Shown here in pieces: positions 9,081 through 18,847 of a stretch of DNA of 64,000 nt. The notes under the pieces were generated by a model. That model was given only the letters and a program-made list of their open reading frames with translations, ran no database searches and had not been told where the DNA came from. Both the position numbers and the translations under genes were made by a program. Positions within the stretch are counted from its first letter, which is position 1. The number at the start of each line of letters is the position of its first letter. Source of the stretch: Patescibacteria group bacterium (lineage in GTDB: Bacteria > Patescibacteriota > Patescibacteriia > UBA10025 > JAHIVO01); the NCBI GenBank assembly GCA_028718605.1, contig JAQULM010000001.1, positions 263,422 to 327,421 on the forward strand, read 5' to 3'.

Positions 9081-10976
9081 TTACTCAACAACCACCCCGC
9101 TGTTCCCAAGCAAGCCCCAGTTCCAGAGAAAACGGTCTTTGGTAAATAATTTCTCTCCCGAAAGCGGATCGAGCGTAATGATGGTCGTCGGGTTTTCCGC
9201 AGAACCGATGAATCCAACCACAACGCGCGTATGCTCGCCGTTCACCGCGACGACAGTGCCGCCTTGCGGCGTTTTCCAATCAATGCGCGTGCCCGAGCCT
9301 GCCGTGCCCCAGACAATAATGGGATTGCCTTTTTTTATTTCGGCGGTGAGATCGGCAATACCCCAGCCGGTAAACGAACGGGCAGGCCGGTACGCTTTCG
9401 CGGCATTCGCGATCGGGTCCCAGTACACGCCATAGCCAGTCGATGGCTGGTGGCCATCGATATCGCCGACAAACGCGGCATTCGGATTGCCCCAGATGCC
9501 GTTCGCTTTCGGTGTCTCATCAAAACCGATCGCGTCGATGATTGCAGCTTCCGATACGCTCACGCCGCGGTACGCAAGTGCCATCACGAGCGTGGCAATC
9601 TCGCAGCTCAGGTTATGCTCCTGGCGATGGAACGGCACGGAGAGCCGCGTAACGGATAATTCGGTCGAAAAACTGGATGAGAAAACAGACTCGGACTCAT
9701 ACCCGCCCTCCGCAGCAATTCCAGCCGCGATTGTTGCGGTATACGCAGTATTAAATCCCAGGCTCGCCTGCGGTATGAATACCATCGTCGTCCCGATCCA
9801 TGAAAATGCCCCATCGATTGCCGGCGAAATGGAAAAATGGTTTTCGGCTGACGCATGGTCAACTGCCTGGTCGAATTCAGCTTGTATGTGGGCATTCACG
9901 CTGATGCCGGTACTCCCATCTGATGGCGACATCCGTATAACTTTAACAGGGGCAATCGTTGAGAATGTATGTACCGCGTCTTGCTCAAGGTACCCGCCAC
10001 TCTCCATGCCCAAACCTTGTTTCAAAGTAATGGTATAGAGCGTCGCTTTCTCCAAACTCGTCGGTTTAAATACGGCCGCTGAGCCGTCCTGTACTGCCCA
10101 TGTTCCTGCAAGCTCAGGTTCTATGCTTACATTTTCTCGCAGAGACGCGAGATCAATGTCATCGGTAAAATTGATAACTATCTGCTCCCCGAGCCCCACA
10201 CTTGAGCCACTCGGGGCAAAACTCTTGATTCCCGGCGCTTCTGGCACCGGCCACGTATCTTCAGATACAAGCATCGGATCGCTCTGCTGGACAACGGTGT
10301 CAGTACCAAGCTGATATCTAAGTGTTTTTCGGTATATCCCGAGCGTGTACTGCTGGCCCTGCGAGAGTACTGTTTCTGGCCGTATGGTGAATGAGCGCCT
10401 ATCAGCACTCATCTTGGTTTCAAGGGGAGCAGACGGCTGTAGGCGGAATTCGTATGAAGACGTTACATCGCATGGCTGGTCAAGTGTCACTGTCCATGTG
10501 CCGTCAGGCCTGAACTCCTCGCCCGGTTCCGGCTGGATCGAAGCTACCATGGCCGATGGCTGCACAGTAAATGAATACGTATAATATTTCACGGTACGGA
10601 GCGGCGTGAGGGCGCTCGCAACGCGCTCAACGGTCACGGAATACGTCACGCCGGGCAGCCAGGTTACTTCCGGTCTGAATACGACCGTGCGCGCCAGGTG
10701 CCCCGGAACAACCCATCCGGAATATTCGACCGAGCCGTATACATGCGGCATCGTGACGATGCGGACATCTCTTCCGACCGGCCAGTCAAAATCAAATCGT
10801 AACTCAGCATCAGCTGCGACCTGTTTGCCGGCATCCTTAAACTGGGGCTTCGGCTGCTTGAATACAACAATGATCGCAACAGCGACAAATAAAATAAAGA
10901 CGGCAGTGCATGCTGCGTACAAAAACAGGAAGCCGCGTTTGTGGTGTATCCCTTGGTTTGTATTCGGTAATGCCAT
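9081..10976 (-). CDS. Surface protein with tandem SbsA/Big_5-like Ig domains and a C-terminal C39-like peptidase
   Basis: Repeated P.....F...........F.P...L.....YT units; QEHNLSCE, GEHTRVV and LDP catalytic motifs. Confidence 0.8.
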   Translation of the reverse strand: MALPNTNQGIHHKRGFLFLYAACTAVFILFVAVAIIVVFKQPKPQFKDAGKQVAADAELRFDFDWPVGRDVRIVTMPHVYGSVEYSGWVVPGHLARTVVFRPEVTWLPGVTYSVTVERVASALTPLRTVKYYTYSFTVQPSAMVASIQPEPGEEFRPDGTWTVTLDQPCDVTSSYEFRLQPSAPLETKMSADRRSFTIRPETVLSQGQQYTLGIYRKTLRYQLGTDTVVQQSDPMLVSEDTWPVPEAPGIKSFAPSGSSVGLGEQIVINFTDDIDLASLRENVSIEPELAGTWAVQDGSAAVFKPTSLEKATLYTITLKQGLGMESGGYLEQDAVHTFSTIAPVKVIRMSPSDGSTGISVNAHIQAEFDQAVDHASAENHFSISPAIDGAFSWIGTTMVFIPQASLGFNTAYTATIAAGIAAEGGYESESVFSSSFSTELSVTRLSVPFHRQEHNLSCEIATLVMALAYRGVSVSEAAIIDAIGFDETPKANGIWGNPNAAFVGDIDGHQPSTGYGVYWDPIANAAKAYRPARSFTGWGIADLTAEIKKGNPIIVWGTAGSGTRIDWKTPQGGTVVAVNGEHTRVVVGFIGSAENPTTIITLDPLSGEKLFTKDRFLWNWGLLGNSGVVVE

Positions 10977-11000
10977 AGTCTCGCGCCGCAGAACAGCTGA

Positions 11001-11240
11001 CTACTCTTCCATGATATCCTCGTCAATCGCCTCGCGGTCCTTCACGGTCGCTTTCACGGGCGGCTCCTTCTTCCGCATTACCGTAACAAGTCCGAGGATG
11101 ATTCCGACAACACCGACGAGTATCATCAAGCCCACGTGCCAATCCGGAAGCGCAACCCCCTCAATGTCGAACACGAGAAAAATAATGCCGTCAATGCACA
11201 GGAGGATCCCCACCACGAGCGTAAACCATGCTGTCGCCAT
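11001..11240 (-). CDS. Small two-TM hypothetical protein
   Basis: Two hydrophobic helices with a charged tail; co-oriented with the peptidase genes. Confidence 0.7.
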   Translation of the reverse strand: MATAWFTLVVGILLCIDGIIFLVFDIEGVALPDWHVGLMILVGVVGIILGLVTVMRKKEPPVKATVKDREAIDEDIMEE

Positions 11241-11361
11241 AGAGCTACGTTCAATAATTATGCGTAATGCACCTAATGGATAGGCGCGTATGATTGATTA
11301 TATCATATCAAAAACGCAAAATAAACCATGCCAAAAAAACGGTAATTGACCGCCTTCGTCG

Positions 11362-11398
11362 AAAAAAAATCCACTGTCCCCCCTCAAGAACAGTGGAT
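11362..11398 (-). terminator. Intrinsic terminator after fabH
   Basis: ATCCACTGT/ACAGTGGAT stem followed by a T-tract on the minus strand. Confidence 0.75.
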
Positions 11399-11469
11399 GC
11401 TATAAGCGATCCGATTGAACCATGTTTGACAGACATCGACTGCAATAAGTGCGGCCAGAACTATTTCTC

Positions 11470-12615
11470 CTATTTGAGGCTCCAGCGTAAGAATACAACA
11501 CGCCAGAAGTAGCCGCCACCCATGACAACGATCATCACGGTACGGCCAGGCAGGAGAATCTTGTTCTCGTAAGCATGAACCATGCCACGCGGCACGGACG
11601 CACTGGTCGTGTTGCCGTCTGTCTCGATCGTACGGGACACATACCCTGTGAAGCCAAGGGCACGGAGCGGCCGCTCAAACGCATCAGTTATTCGGCCATT
11701 CGCCTGGTGCGGAAAAATCACGTTAATGCTTGATGGAGTGTAGCCACACTTTTCAAGCGCCTCGGGTATGACGTGATTCTTGAGAAAACGAACCAGCTCC
11801 TTGAACACGGTGTTGCCATCCATATGGAGCTTCGTGCCGCTGAACAACGGATCTTTCTTGATTAGATCGACCGTGAGAGGCGTTCGTGATCCGCCGACTG
11901 GTGCAATGATCCGCGAAGCTTTCGTCCAATCACCGCCAGCATAGAAAGCGTTGACTTCGATATCGGTTTCCTCATAAGGTACCCGCTTCAGCAGGATCGC
12001 CCCAGCCCCATCCCCGAGTATCGGACAAAAGCCTCTGTCGCTCCAATCCGTGATGGTACTCATTTTATCGGCACCGATCACGAGTGCGTACTCGCATCTG
12101 CCGAGCATGATATCGTCAACTGCATCCTGAAGTGCAGCGACAAAAGACGAGCAAGCGAGCTGGTGATCGCATGCGATGAGCTCATGGAGTTGCGTATCCT
12201 CGATATCCCAAATTGGAATACCAAGTCCTTCTGCAACGAGCGAAGCGGTTGGGGATGAAGCGTGATAGTCTGGTGTGACTGTCGCGATACGGAGCGATCC
12301 AATCTGATCAGGCGTTACCCCAGCTTTACTCAGTGCCTTTTTCCCTGCCTGAATGGCCAAATCGGACGTTGCAAGTCCAGCGGGTGCTATCCTGCGTTGC
12401 CGGATCTGAAGCCGCTCTTCAATCCACGGACCGCTGGTTTCGTAACGTTCAGCAATTTCAGGAGGAAACTGCTTGACATGGAGAAGCTTCGCGTCCGTCT
12501 TTCTCCGTGCCAGCAATTCACTTGCCAGTCGATCATTCGTGAGGATAGTCTCGGGACCAAGATCGTCACCTGCAATGCTGACAATCTTTACTCCAAATAC
12601 GTTTGGGACCGCCAT
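11470..12615 (-). CDS. fabH: Divergent 3-oxoacyl-ACP synthase III (FabH/KAS III family)
   Basis: LACSSF (Cys), FPHQAN (His), GNTTSASVP (Asn), GDGAGA and GGG motifs; SD GGGAGG upstream. Confidence 0.85.
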   Translation of the reverse strand: MAVPNVFGVKIVSIAGDDLGPETILTNDRLASELLARRKTDAKLLHVKQFPPEIAERYETSGPWIEERLQIRQRRIAPAGLATSDLAIQAGKKALSKAGVTPDQIGSLRIATVTPDYHASSPTASLVAEGLGIPIWDIEDTQLHELIACDHQLACSSFVAALQDAVDDIMLGRCEYALVIGADKMSTITDWSDRGFCPILGDGAGAILLKRVPYEETDIEVNAFYAGGDWTKASRIIAPVGGSRTPLTVDLIKKDPLFSGTKLHMDGNTVFKELVRFLKNHVIPEALEKCGYTPSSINVIFPHQANGRITDAFERPLRALGFTGYVSRTIETDGNTTSASVPRGMVHAYENKILLPGRTVMIVVMGGGYFWRVVFLRWSLK

Positions 12616-12734
12616 ACGGTCCTCCCTTCTTCTATTGTGGTGAACATTGTTTATTTCAAATCAAACGACCATAGCGTATATCCAAAACACTCGTCTGGTC
12701 AAAACGAGCATTTTTTATATTAGTTATTTGAAAA

Positions 12735-13085
12735 TTACTTTCTTGTTATCGCGTTCGTAAACCACGAAATAACCCACAGGATAACAGCGCCAATGATCGC
12801 CGTCGGCCAAAACGAATCAATTGAAAAGCCTGGGACAAATTCGGCCGTGAGCCACAGGAATCCTGCATTGATGACCAATGTTGACAAGCCGAGCGTTACT
12901 ATTGTAACAGGCAGGGTTAATATAACTAAAATCGGTTTGAGCACGGCGTTTGCGATGCCTAAAATCAGCGCGGTCACAATTGCTGCCGGCCAGAAGTTAT
13001 CAACTAAAAATCCCGGTACCAAATATGCGACAACGAGCAACGCCCCTGCATTGAGAGCTAAACGAATGATTATTTTCATATACAA
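12735..13085 (-). CDS. YvlD/DUF360 four-TM 'phage holin' family membrane protein
   Basis: NAVLKPIL..LTLP..IVTLGL..LVINA pattern. Confidence 0.85.
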   Translation of the reverse strand: MYMKIIIRLALNAGALLVVAYLVPGFLVDNFWPAAIVTALILGIANAVLKPILVILTLPVTIVTLGLSTLVINAGFLWLTAEFVPGFSIDSFWPTAIIGAVILWVISWFTNAITRK

Positions 13086-13157
13086 ATTAATTATCGTACC
13101 GAGCTCACAGGTCTCGCGGGCCCCGGAACGAGGTACACCTGAAAGGAAAAAAGAGTA

Positions 13158-13188
13158 ATGAGGAAAAAACCATTAGTTGTTTCCTCAT
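13158..13188 (-). terminator. Hairpin downstream of tRNA-Glu
   Basis: ATGAGGAAA/TTTCCTCAT 9-bp stem with a T-rich tail on the minus strand. Confidence 0.5.
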
Positions 13189-13195
13189 GACGATG

Positions 13196-13267
13196 TACCG
13201 CCTACGGGAATCGAACCCGTGTTTCCGCCGTGAGAGGGCGACGTCCTAGCCACTAGACGAAGGCGGC
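13196..13267 (-). tRNA. tRNA-Glu (CTC), CCA not encoded
   Basis: GCCGCCTTCGTCTAGTGGCTAGGACGTCGCCCTCTCACGGCGGAAACACGGGTTCGATTCCCGTAGGCGGTA forms a cloverleaf. Confidence 0.95.
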
Positions 13268-13323
13268 ATAGAGGCTACTGCGTATTAGATGCAAAACATG
13301 AAGCGGCGGAGATTAGCTTCAAC

Positions 13324-13353
13324 ATTGTAGGTGCTCATAGGCCATCATGTCAA
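13324..13353 (-). promoter_or_regulatory. Sigma70 promoter for tRNA-Glu
   Basis: TTGACA-18-TACAAT on the minus strand. Confidence 0.65.
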
Positions 13354-13460
13354 GCATCGCGGGCTATAGCCTCCAAAGGATCTTCCTGCCAGCCTTCGCC
13401 TGCAGACAAAAAATGCCCCCGTACCTTTGGGTAAAAAACCGGTAGATACTGCCCACTGCG

Positions 13461-13637
13461 CTAGTTCTTTCGCCGGACCTCGAAATAGATTGCCGCGAGG
13501 AAAGCTGCCGCAGACATCTGGAGAAAGAAGAAAGATGATACGATGATCTTTTCCCCATACAGTTCTGTGAAGAACCCGAAAATACCACACATAACGCCAA
13601 ATACGGCAAACGCAAGCGGAATATAAGGGCTTTTCAT
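13461..13637 (-). CDS. 58-aa two-TM small protein (below the ORF-track cutoff)
   Basis: MKSPYIPLAFAVFGVMCGIFGFFTELYGEKIIVSSFFFLQMSAAAFLAAIYFEVRRKN*; SD GGAGGTGA upstream. Confidence 0.7.
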   Translation of the reverse strand: MKSPYIPLAFAVFGVMCGIFGFFTELYGEKIIVSSFFFLQMSAAAFLAAIYFEVRRKN

Positions 13638-13697
13638 TCCATCTCACCTCCCCTCGCTTGTTCTGTTTTTTTCATAATCAAATTCTCTGATAAATGC

Positions 13698-14696
13698 TTA
13701 AGCCATACGTTCGCACAGGCGCACAAGTGCGCATGAATATCCCCATTCATTATCATACCATGAAACGACTTTCAGAAGATCGCCATCGATGACTTTTGTA
13801 AGTGCAAGATCAACGATTGAGGCATGCGGATTACCAATAATATCCGATGAAACGATTGGTGCGTCGGTTGCATCAAGCACGTCCTTAAACTGCGGCGTAT
13901 CTTTTGCAGCAACAAACGCTGCATTCACACCTTCAACAGTTACCGGTTTCTTTGTCACAATTGTGAAATCAGACAGAGAAACGACTGGGACAGGAACCCG
14001 CAATGCAATGCCGTCAAAAATGCCCGCGAGGTCCGGGACAACTTCGCCCATCGCCGATGCCGCGCCAGTTGACGTCGGGACGATATTCATCGCGGCAGCG
14101 CGGGCGCGCCGCAAATCCTTCTTGTGCGACCCATCGACGAGATTCTGGTCCGCGGTATATGCATGGACGGTCGTCATCGCCGCTTTTTTAATTCCAAATT
14201 TCTTATGAATGATTGCCATGACCGGAGCGATGCAGTTGGTCGTGCATGATGCGTTGGAAACGATATCCTGGTCTTTCAACACATTGTCGTTCACCCCCAT
14301 TACGATTGTCTGGATATCACCGCCTTTTGCTGGAGCGGAGATAATGACACGCTTCGCGCCTGCATGCAAATGGGCAGCCGCATCGTCATGCTTGGTAAAT
14401 TTTCCAGTGGACTCAATGACGATATCAACATTCAGTTTTTTCCAGGGCAGCTTTGAGGGTTCTTTCTCGCCGACGATTGGGTATTTTTTCCCGTCGACAA
14501 TCAAACCGCCTTCATACGAAGAAACGTCGTGGTTCCAGACCCCGTAGATGGAATCATATTTCAGCAAATGGGCGGTCATGTCAGCTGGCGCGAGATTATT
14601 GATCGCGACGACCTCGATGTCTTTTTTGTCGTGCATGATTTTGAAGACTGCCTTGCCGACTCTGCCGAAACCATTGATTGCCACTCGAAGTGCCAT
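13698..14696 (-). CDS. gap: Type I glyceraldehyde-3-phosphate dehydrogenase
   Basis: INGFGRVG, ASCTTNC and WYDNEWGY motifs. Confidence 0.97.
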   Translation of the reverse strand: MALRVAINGFGRVGKAVFKIMHDKKDIEVVAINNLAPADMTAHLLKYDSIYGVWNHDVSSYEGGLIVDGKKYPIVGEKEPSKLPWKKLNVDIVIESTGKFTKHDDAAAHLHAGAKRVIISAPAKGGDIQTIVMGVNDNVLKDQDIVSNASCTTNCIAPVMAIIHKKFGIKKAAMTTVHAYTADQNLVDGSHKKDLRRARAAAMNIVPTSTGAASAMGEVVPDLAGIFDGIALRVPVPVVSLSDFTIVTKKPVTVEGVNAAFVAAKDTPQFKDVLDATDAPIVSSDIIGNPHASIVDLALTKVIDGDLLKVVSWYDNEWGYSCALVRLCERMA

Positions 14697-14717
14697 AGTA
14701 GTATGTCGTTTTAATTA

Positions 14718-15602
14718 TTAAACTTTATTAATAAGTGTTGCCTTGCCCGCACTCCCGAACATCTCGAGCTTCGCCTCGACAACCCGCTGGATAGCCTGAA
14801 TCGACGGAGACAAGAGTTCTCGCGGATCGAATACCGTCGGGTTCTTCATGAGCATCTCGCGGAGCGCATTGGTGAATGAAAGGCGAATCTCTGTATCAAT
14901 ATTAATGATGCGAATCCCCCGCTTCATGCCTTCGAATATCTCGCTCTGTGGAAGCCCGGATGCACCATGCAGAACGAGCGGAATAGCAGGTATTGCATTG
15001 TGTATCGCCTCGAGCCTCCCCAAATCAAGGTCTGGATTTCCTTTCCGCATTTTAATAATCCCGTGGACATTACCGACCGCAACGGCAAGTGCATCGACCC
15101 CTGTTTTTCGGACGTATTCTTCGGCCTCTTCCGGCTTTGTCATTAATTTCGCGCGCTCCTCGGGGCTCACTTCTTCCAAGCCCCTCACAACGCCGAGTTC
15201 GCCCTGGACAAGCACCTCTCTGCCGTGGGCGAAATCAACCGCTTGCTTCGTAAGGAGCACATTTTCCATGAACGGCATGTCCGACGCATCCATCATAATC
15301 GACGAGAACCCGACCCTGATGCATTCCGCAACTGACCGGAATGTTTTCCCGTGGTCGAGATGGAGCGCGATCGGGATCACGCCAGCCTCAACTGATGAAA
15401 TCGTCTGCACGATATTCGTTATGGCTTTCAGGCCGGCGTAGCGGATGCTCGTTTCTGAAACTTGTAAAATAATCGGTGACCGCTTTGCGACCGCGGCTCG
15501 TACGACACCGAGTGTCGTTTCCAGGTTCTCGACATTGAACGCGCCCAGTGTATACTCATGGTCCGCGGCGTGCTTCAATAATTCTTTCAAATGCACGAGC
15601 AT
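14718..15602 (-). CDS. fba: Class II fructose-bisphosphate aldolase
   Basis: LHLDHG, GNVHG, LVLHGASG and NIDT motifs. Confidence 0.95.
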   Translation of the reverse strand: MLVHLKELLKHAADHEYTLGAFNVENLETTLGVVRAAVAKRSPIILQVSETSIRYAGLKAITNIVQTISSVEAGVIPIALHLDHGKTFRSVAECIRVGFSSIMMDASDMPFMENVLLTKQAVDFAHGREVLVQGELGVVRGLEEVSPEERAKLMTKPEEAEEYVRKTGVDALAVAVGNVHGIIKMRKGNPDLDLGRLEAIHNAIPAIPLVLHGASGLPQSEIFEGMKRGIRIINIDTEIRLSFTNALREMLMKNPTVFDPRELLSPSIQAIQRVVEAKLEMFGSAGKATLINKV

Positions 15603-15605
15603 GGG

Positions 15606-16397
15606 TTACAGTTTTTTCTGCTTAATAAATTCCATAACAATTTTTTGGAACGACGCCGCTTCCTTGCTTGCTCCGCCCACTAAAACTCCATCGATGTCAT
15701 CCATCGCTGCAAAACCGCCTACTGTTTCAGGTGTCACCGAACCTCCATAGAGAATACCGATGTCTTCAGCAATTGTCGATGTGGCAATCTCCGCGACAAG
15801 GCGGCGGATAAGCTTATGCACGACCTGGGCTGATTTGGGACTGTCTGCTTTGCCGTCTACGTTATGGACATTCGTGCTAATCGCCCAGACCGGTTCATAC
15901 GCGATTGCTACTTTTGCAATATCACGGGGTTCAAACCCTTCAAGGCAGGCACGCACATGATTTTGCACAACCCGCTTGGTATCGCCCGCTTCTTTCTCTT
16001 CATAGCTCTCTCCGAGGCAGATAACAGGAGTAATGCCGCGCTGTAGCGCCTGGCGCACCTTCTTGCCGACGACACCATCAGTCTCCTGGAAATGTTCACG
16101 GCGTTCCGAGTGCCCGACGAGAACGTACCGGCATCCAAAATCAGCGAGCTGGAGCGCTGACACCTCGCCAGTAAATGCGCCTCGGTCTTCCCAGAATACA
16201 TTCTGCGCCCCGACGGCAATCGCACGGGAACCAACCAGGCGCTGTACCCGTTCAAGGTGGACCAACGTAGCGCAGAGAATAACTTCAAGTTTCTTGAGCA
16301 CATCATCGCTGACAGTGAATTGCTGAAAAAAACGCTCAACCTGCGACAGGTCAAGATTCATCTTCCAATTTGCGATGACCAATGGCTTTCGATGCAT
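15606..16397 (-). CDS. tpiA: Triosephosphate isomerase
   Basis: NWKMN, GHSERR, AYEPVWAI, YGGSV and LVGGAS motifs. Confidence 0.97.
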   Translation of the reverse strand: MHRKPLVIANWKMNLDLSQVERFFQQFTVSDDVLKKLEVILCATLVHLERVQRLVGSRAIAVGAQNVFWEDRGAFTGEVSALQLADFGCRYVLVGHSERREHFQETDGVVGKKVRQALQRGITPVICLGESYEEKEAGDTKRVVQNHVRACLEGFEPRDIAKVAIAYEPVWAISTNVHNVDGKADSPKSAQVVHKLIRRLVAEIATSTIAEDIGILYGGSVTPETVGGFAAMDDIDGVLVGGASKEAASFQKIVMEFIKQKKL

Positions 16398-16536
16398 ACC
16401 CCCTATCCTACGCTCAATACTATTGATAGCATATCGTGTACTATCGAGATTTCGCGAGAATAATGCCTTTCCCCAGGCATACTGGTACTGTTGTTCTAGC
16501 CATAATAATAGCGTATTTTCAAGGTTTTGTAAAAAC

Positions 16537-17475
16537 CTACAGCCACCGGTAGCTCTGGAACGCCCACCCTATGAGTTCCTTTGCCTCGGCGAATCGCTCG
16601 TCGCTCGATGCACTCCGGAATAAGACCACAATAACGTTATTCCCACCCTTCATGGCCTCACAAGCGAATGTATAGCCGGCCTCATCAAGGTACCCCGTCT
16701 TGGCACCGACAAGGCCGAGATCTGCATCACCAAGGAGCACATTGGTGTTCCGTATCCGGTGGGAAATATGCTTATCAACGGTTTCAAATGAATATTCGTC
16801 TGTACTGAGAATGCTTGTTATTAAATTGTTTTGAAAGGCATAGCGTGCTATGCGGGCGTACTCGGTAACCGTTGAAACGTTCCTAGGATCCAATCCGGTT
16901 ACATCTGAAAATGAGGTGCTCTGGAGCCCGAGGCGTTGGACAACCGCGTTCATGCGCGCGATAAACTGTTCAGCCGTTAAGCCAGTAGACCGGGCGAGTG
17001 CTTTCGTCGCATTATTCGCGGACCCAACCAGGCTCGAGTATAGCAAATCACGGACTGTCACAACCTCTCCCGTCTTCACTTTGAGCGTGCTGCCCTCTAC
17101 GTCCGTAGTGTCTTCATCTGCGATTGTCACCTCTGTGTCGAGTGGAATATTTTGTTCGAGAAAAACAATTGCAGTCACGAGCTTTGTCAGGCTTGCGATC
17201 GGCAGTATTTCGCTCCCATGATGCTCCCAGAGCGTTGCACCCGATTTCGCGTCCAGTACAACAGCGGAATGTGCGGTTATCCGGCGAGAAGGATTTCCGA
17301 GGGGATTGATCCTCACCGGCGGAATCGTGCGTAAGATCCGATACGGCGGCTGATATTCCGTTTTAAGCAGCGTCTCGGTCAATTGAATACTCTCAGTACT
17401 TGAATATCCCACTGCTGCCATTGGATAGTCAGCATGGTTCAAGTACAAAAGCGTAATAAGCAAGAATGGAAACAT
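16537..17475 (-). CDS. D-alanyl-D-alanine carboxypeptidase/endopeptidase (peptidase S11)
   Basis: SxxK (SLTK), SxN (SAN) and KTG motifs. Confidence 0.9.
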   Translation of the reverse strand: MFPFLLITLLYLNHADYPMAAVGYSSTESIQLTETLLKTEYQPPYRILRTIPPVRINPLGNPSRRITAHSAVVLDAKSGATLWEHHGSEILPIASLTKLVTAIVFLEQNIPLDTEVTIADEDTTDVEGSTLKVKTGEVVTVRDLLYSSLVGSANNATKALARSTGLTAEQFIARMNAVVQRLGLQSTSFSDVTGLDPRNVSTVTEYARIARYAFQNNLITSILSTDEYSFETVDKHISHRIRNTNVLLGDADLGLVGAKTGYLDEAGYTFACEAMKGGNNVIVVLFRSASSDERFAEAKELIGWAFQSYRWL

Positions 17476-17487
17476 TTCGCGCGACGG

Positions 17488-18069
17488 TTATGCTGACACG
17501 GGACCGGAAGCGCCAGGATGGGGCTGGTCCTCGATTTTTCGCTCAAGAAGCTTTTTCAGATTCTCGTCTTGGTTGAGCTTTGCATAGTCCGGCAGTTCTT
17601 CGACACGGTGCAGCCCGAGAAACCGGAGGAATTCAAACGTGACGGTATACACCGCGGCCATCTTCCCGCGGTCGTCCCTCGTCTCGATAAGGCCTTTGAT
17701 AAGAAGATTTCTCAATATCAAGCTGCAATTAACGCCGCGGATCTGTTCAAGCTCTGCCTTGGTGATCGGACCGCGGTACGCGATGATGGTAAGGGTCTCG
17801 AGCGAGGGTTTCGTTAACTCGCCGGTTTGTTCCGCTTTTACGAAATTCTGGATAGTTCCGCTCGCATCAGGGCTCGTCGCCATCTGGTAGGAGGTTGCTG
17901 TTTTTTGGATCTGGACCCCCCGCTTGCCGTCTGCATACTCGCGCATGAGGTCATCTGCCGCCTGGACTGTCTGCTCGCGGGTGCAACCAAGCAGTTCAGT
18001 TAGCTTCACGATTGACACCGGCTTTCCGGAAACGAACAGCAGGCTCTCGATTAAATGCTTTGTTTCCAT
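17488..18069 (-). CDS. scpB: SMC-Scp complex subunit ScpB
   Basis: IESLLFVSG and ETLTIIAYRGPITKAELEQIRGVN; start placed at METKHL. Confidence 0.95.
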   Translation of the reverse strand: METKHLIESLLFVSGKPVSIVKLTELLGCTREQTVQAADDLMREYADGKRGVQIQKTATSYQMATSPDASGTIQNFVKAEQTGELTKPSLETLTIIAYRGPITKAELEQIRGVNCSLILRNLLIKGLIETRDDRGKMAAVYTVTFEFLRFLGLHRVEELPDYAKLNQDENLKKLLERKIEDQPHPGASGPVSA

Positions 18070-18109
18070 AGTGTTTCTACCTTGAATATCCTGATGAATA
18101 ATAAGCTTT

Positions 18110-18847
18110 TTAATTGGCCTCTTCGCGAAGAATATCGGCCTCATGGTCTGCAACCTTATGCACTTTGATATCATTGAATACACCGTCCTGCACCACGGCG
18201 ATCGTCCGCAGCTTCACTAACTCGAGTACGGCGAGGAATGTTACGATGATTTCGGTTTTATTCTTCGCAGACTTCAGGAGCTCGTGAAAGCTCACTTCCG
18301 CCCGTTTCTTGATAAGCTGCTGGATGTTCCCGATCCGTTCGCGTATGGAAATCGTTTTAATGATAACCTCCTGCGAAAGGTTCACCCACGGCTCCAGCCC
18401 CACGAGGACGCTCACGAAAAGTTCTTTGAGTCTGTCCGCCGTTACTCCTTGGGGTGGATTGAAAATTTTATCGACACGAACTGCCATTCGCTCGCGGGGA
18501 AACAGGAAATGCCGCTGGTGCACCATTTTATTTAAAACTTTCGATGCCTCGTAAAACTCCCGGTACATCCTGAGCTGCTGCTCGAGGTCAGAGCCGTCCT
18601 CCTCGCCCTCAATCTGCGCATTGGGCAAGAGTATCCGTGATTTGATGAGGAGTAATTTCGCGGCAACAACGAGAAAATCAGCGAGCTCCTCAAGCGGTAT
18701 ATCTTCAGTCTCATTCAGGTACGCGAGGTATTGCTCCGTGACAGCCGCAAGCGACACCGTGCTAATATCCATATCTTCCTGCTCGATGAGCTGCAGCAGC
18801 AGATCGAGCGGGCCTTCAAACTGTTCGAGTTTTATTTTATACGGCAT
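18110..18847 (-). CDS. scpA: Segregation/condensation protein ScpA
   Basis: FEGPLDLLLQLI and TFLAVLELVK; start placed at MPYKIK. Confidence 0.95.
   Translation of the reverse strand: MPYKIKLEQFEGPLDLLLQLIEQEDMDISTVSLAAVTEQYLAYLNETEDIPLEELADFLVVAAKLLLIKSRILLPNAQIEGEEDGSDLEQQLRMYREFYEASKVLNKMVHQRHFLFPRERMAVRVDKIFNPPQGVTADRLKELFVSVLVGLEPWVNLSQEVIIKTISIRERIGNIQQLIKKRAEVSFHELLKSAKNKTEIIVTFLAVLELVKLRTIAVVQDGVFNDIKVHKVADHEADILREEAN

Noticed and set aside
12735-13085. 'Phage holin' as evidence of a prophage
   Set aside because: YvlD/DUF360 is a common chromosomal membrane protein, and there are no phage genes nearby
13096-13136. GC-rich hairpin upstream of the YvlD gene, considered as SRP RNA or a riboswitch
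   Set aside because: No SRP domain IV or known aptamer consensus, and the pairing is short
13345-13647. ORF-track 100-aa and 83-aa ORFs
   Set aside because: The 58-aa frame at 13461-13637 has a more protein-like two-TM composition and better SD spacing
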